From: a virus
Lineage: Duplodnaviria > Caudoviricetes
Reading direction: 5' to 3' (one strand)
Length of the DNA stretch: 37,346 nucleotides
IMG/VR virus record: IMGVR_UViG_3300037461_000323
Coordinates: 1 to 37,346 of that record
Part shown: positions 37,345 to 37,346 of the stretch, piece after piece
Position numbering within the stretch: position 1 is the first letter of the stretch
Layout: every line of letters begins with the position of its first letter
Translations under genes and position numbers: made by a program
The notes under the pieces: model-generated
The model's database searches: none
The model's input: the letters and a program-made list of their open reading frames with translations, nothing else
Told to the model about the DNA's origin: nothing

Positions 37345-37346
37345 CG

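Noticed and set aside
1-37346. tRNA, rRNA, integrase or att site, tail sheath
   Set aside because: None recognisable. Intergenic gaps are too short or are explained by other features, so lifestyle cannot be determined from this window.

Overview
This window is a 37-kb piece of a tailed dsDNA phage (siphovirus-type). Positions 1-34304 (+) carry the virion operon: terminase small and large subunits (the large one interrupted by a class-3-type intein), a portal fused to a MuF-like domain, protease/scaffold, major capsid, a holin/membrane cassette, a tandem-RHH regulator with a triple glycosyltransferase, adaptor, major tail protein with a beta-propeller, frameshifted tail chaperones, an 1801-aa tape measure, tail tip proteins and fibres. 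A bidirectional terminator at about 34.4 kb separates this from convergent (-) replication/accessory genes (primase-polymerase, MazG-like, small ORFs, a methyltransferase remnant). The host is probably a Chloroflexota (Anaerolineae-like) bacterium; this is inference only. The most notable signals are: (1) a membrane-anchored protein ending in an EAD7-like host-immunity adaptor domain inside a lysis cassette with no visible endolysin; (2) two near-identical promoter + terminator leaders abutting the start codons of the head and tail operons; (3) an apparently autoregulated three-domain glycosyltransferase among the virion genes; (4) an AP2-like insert within the intein endonuclease; (5) strong CGGCCG enrichment. 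All family calls come from motif recognition by eye, not from database searches.
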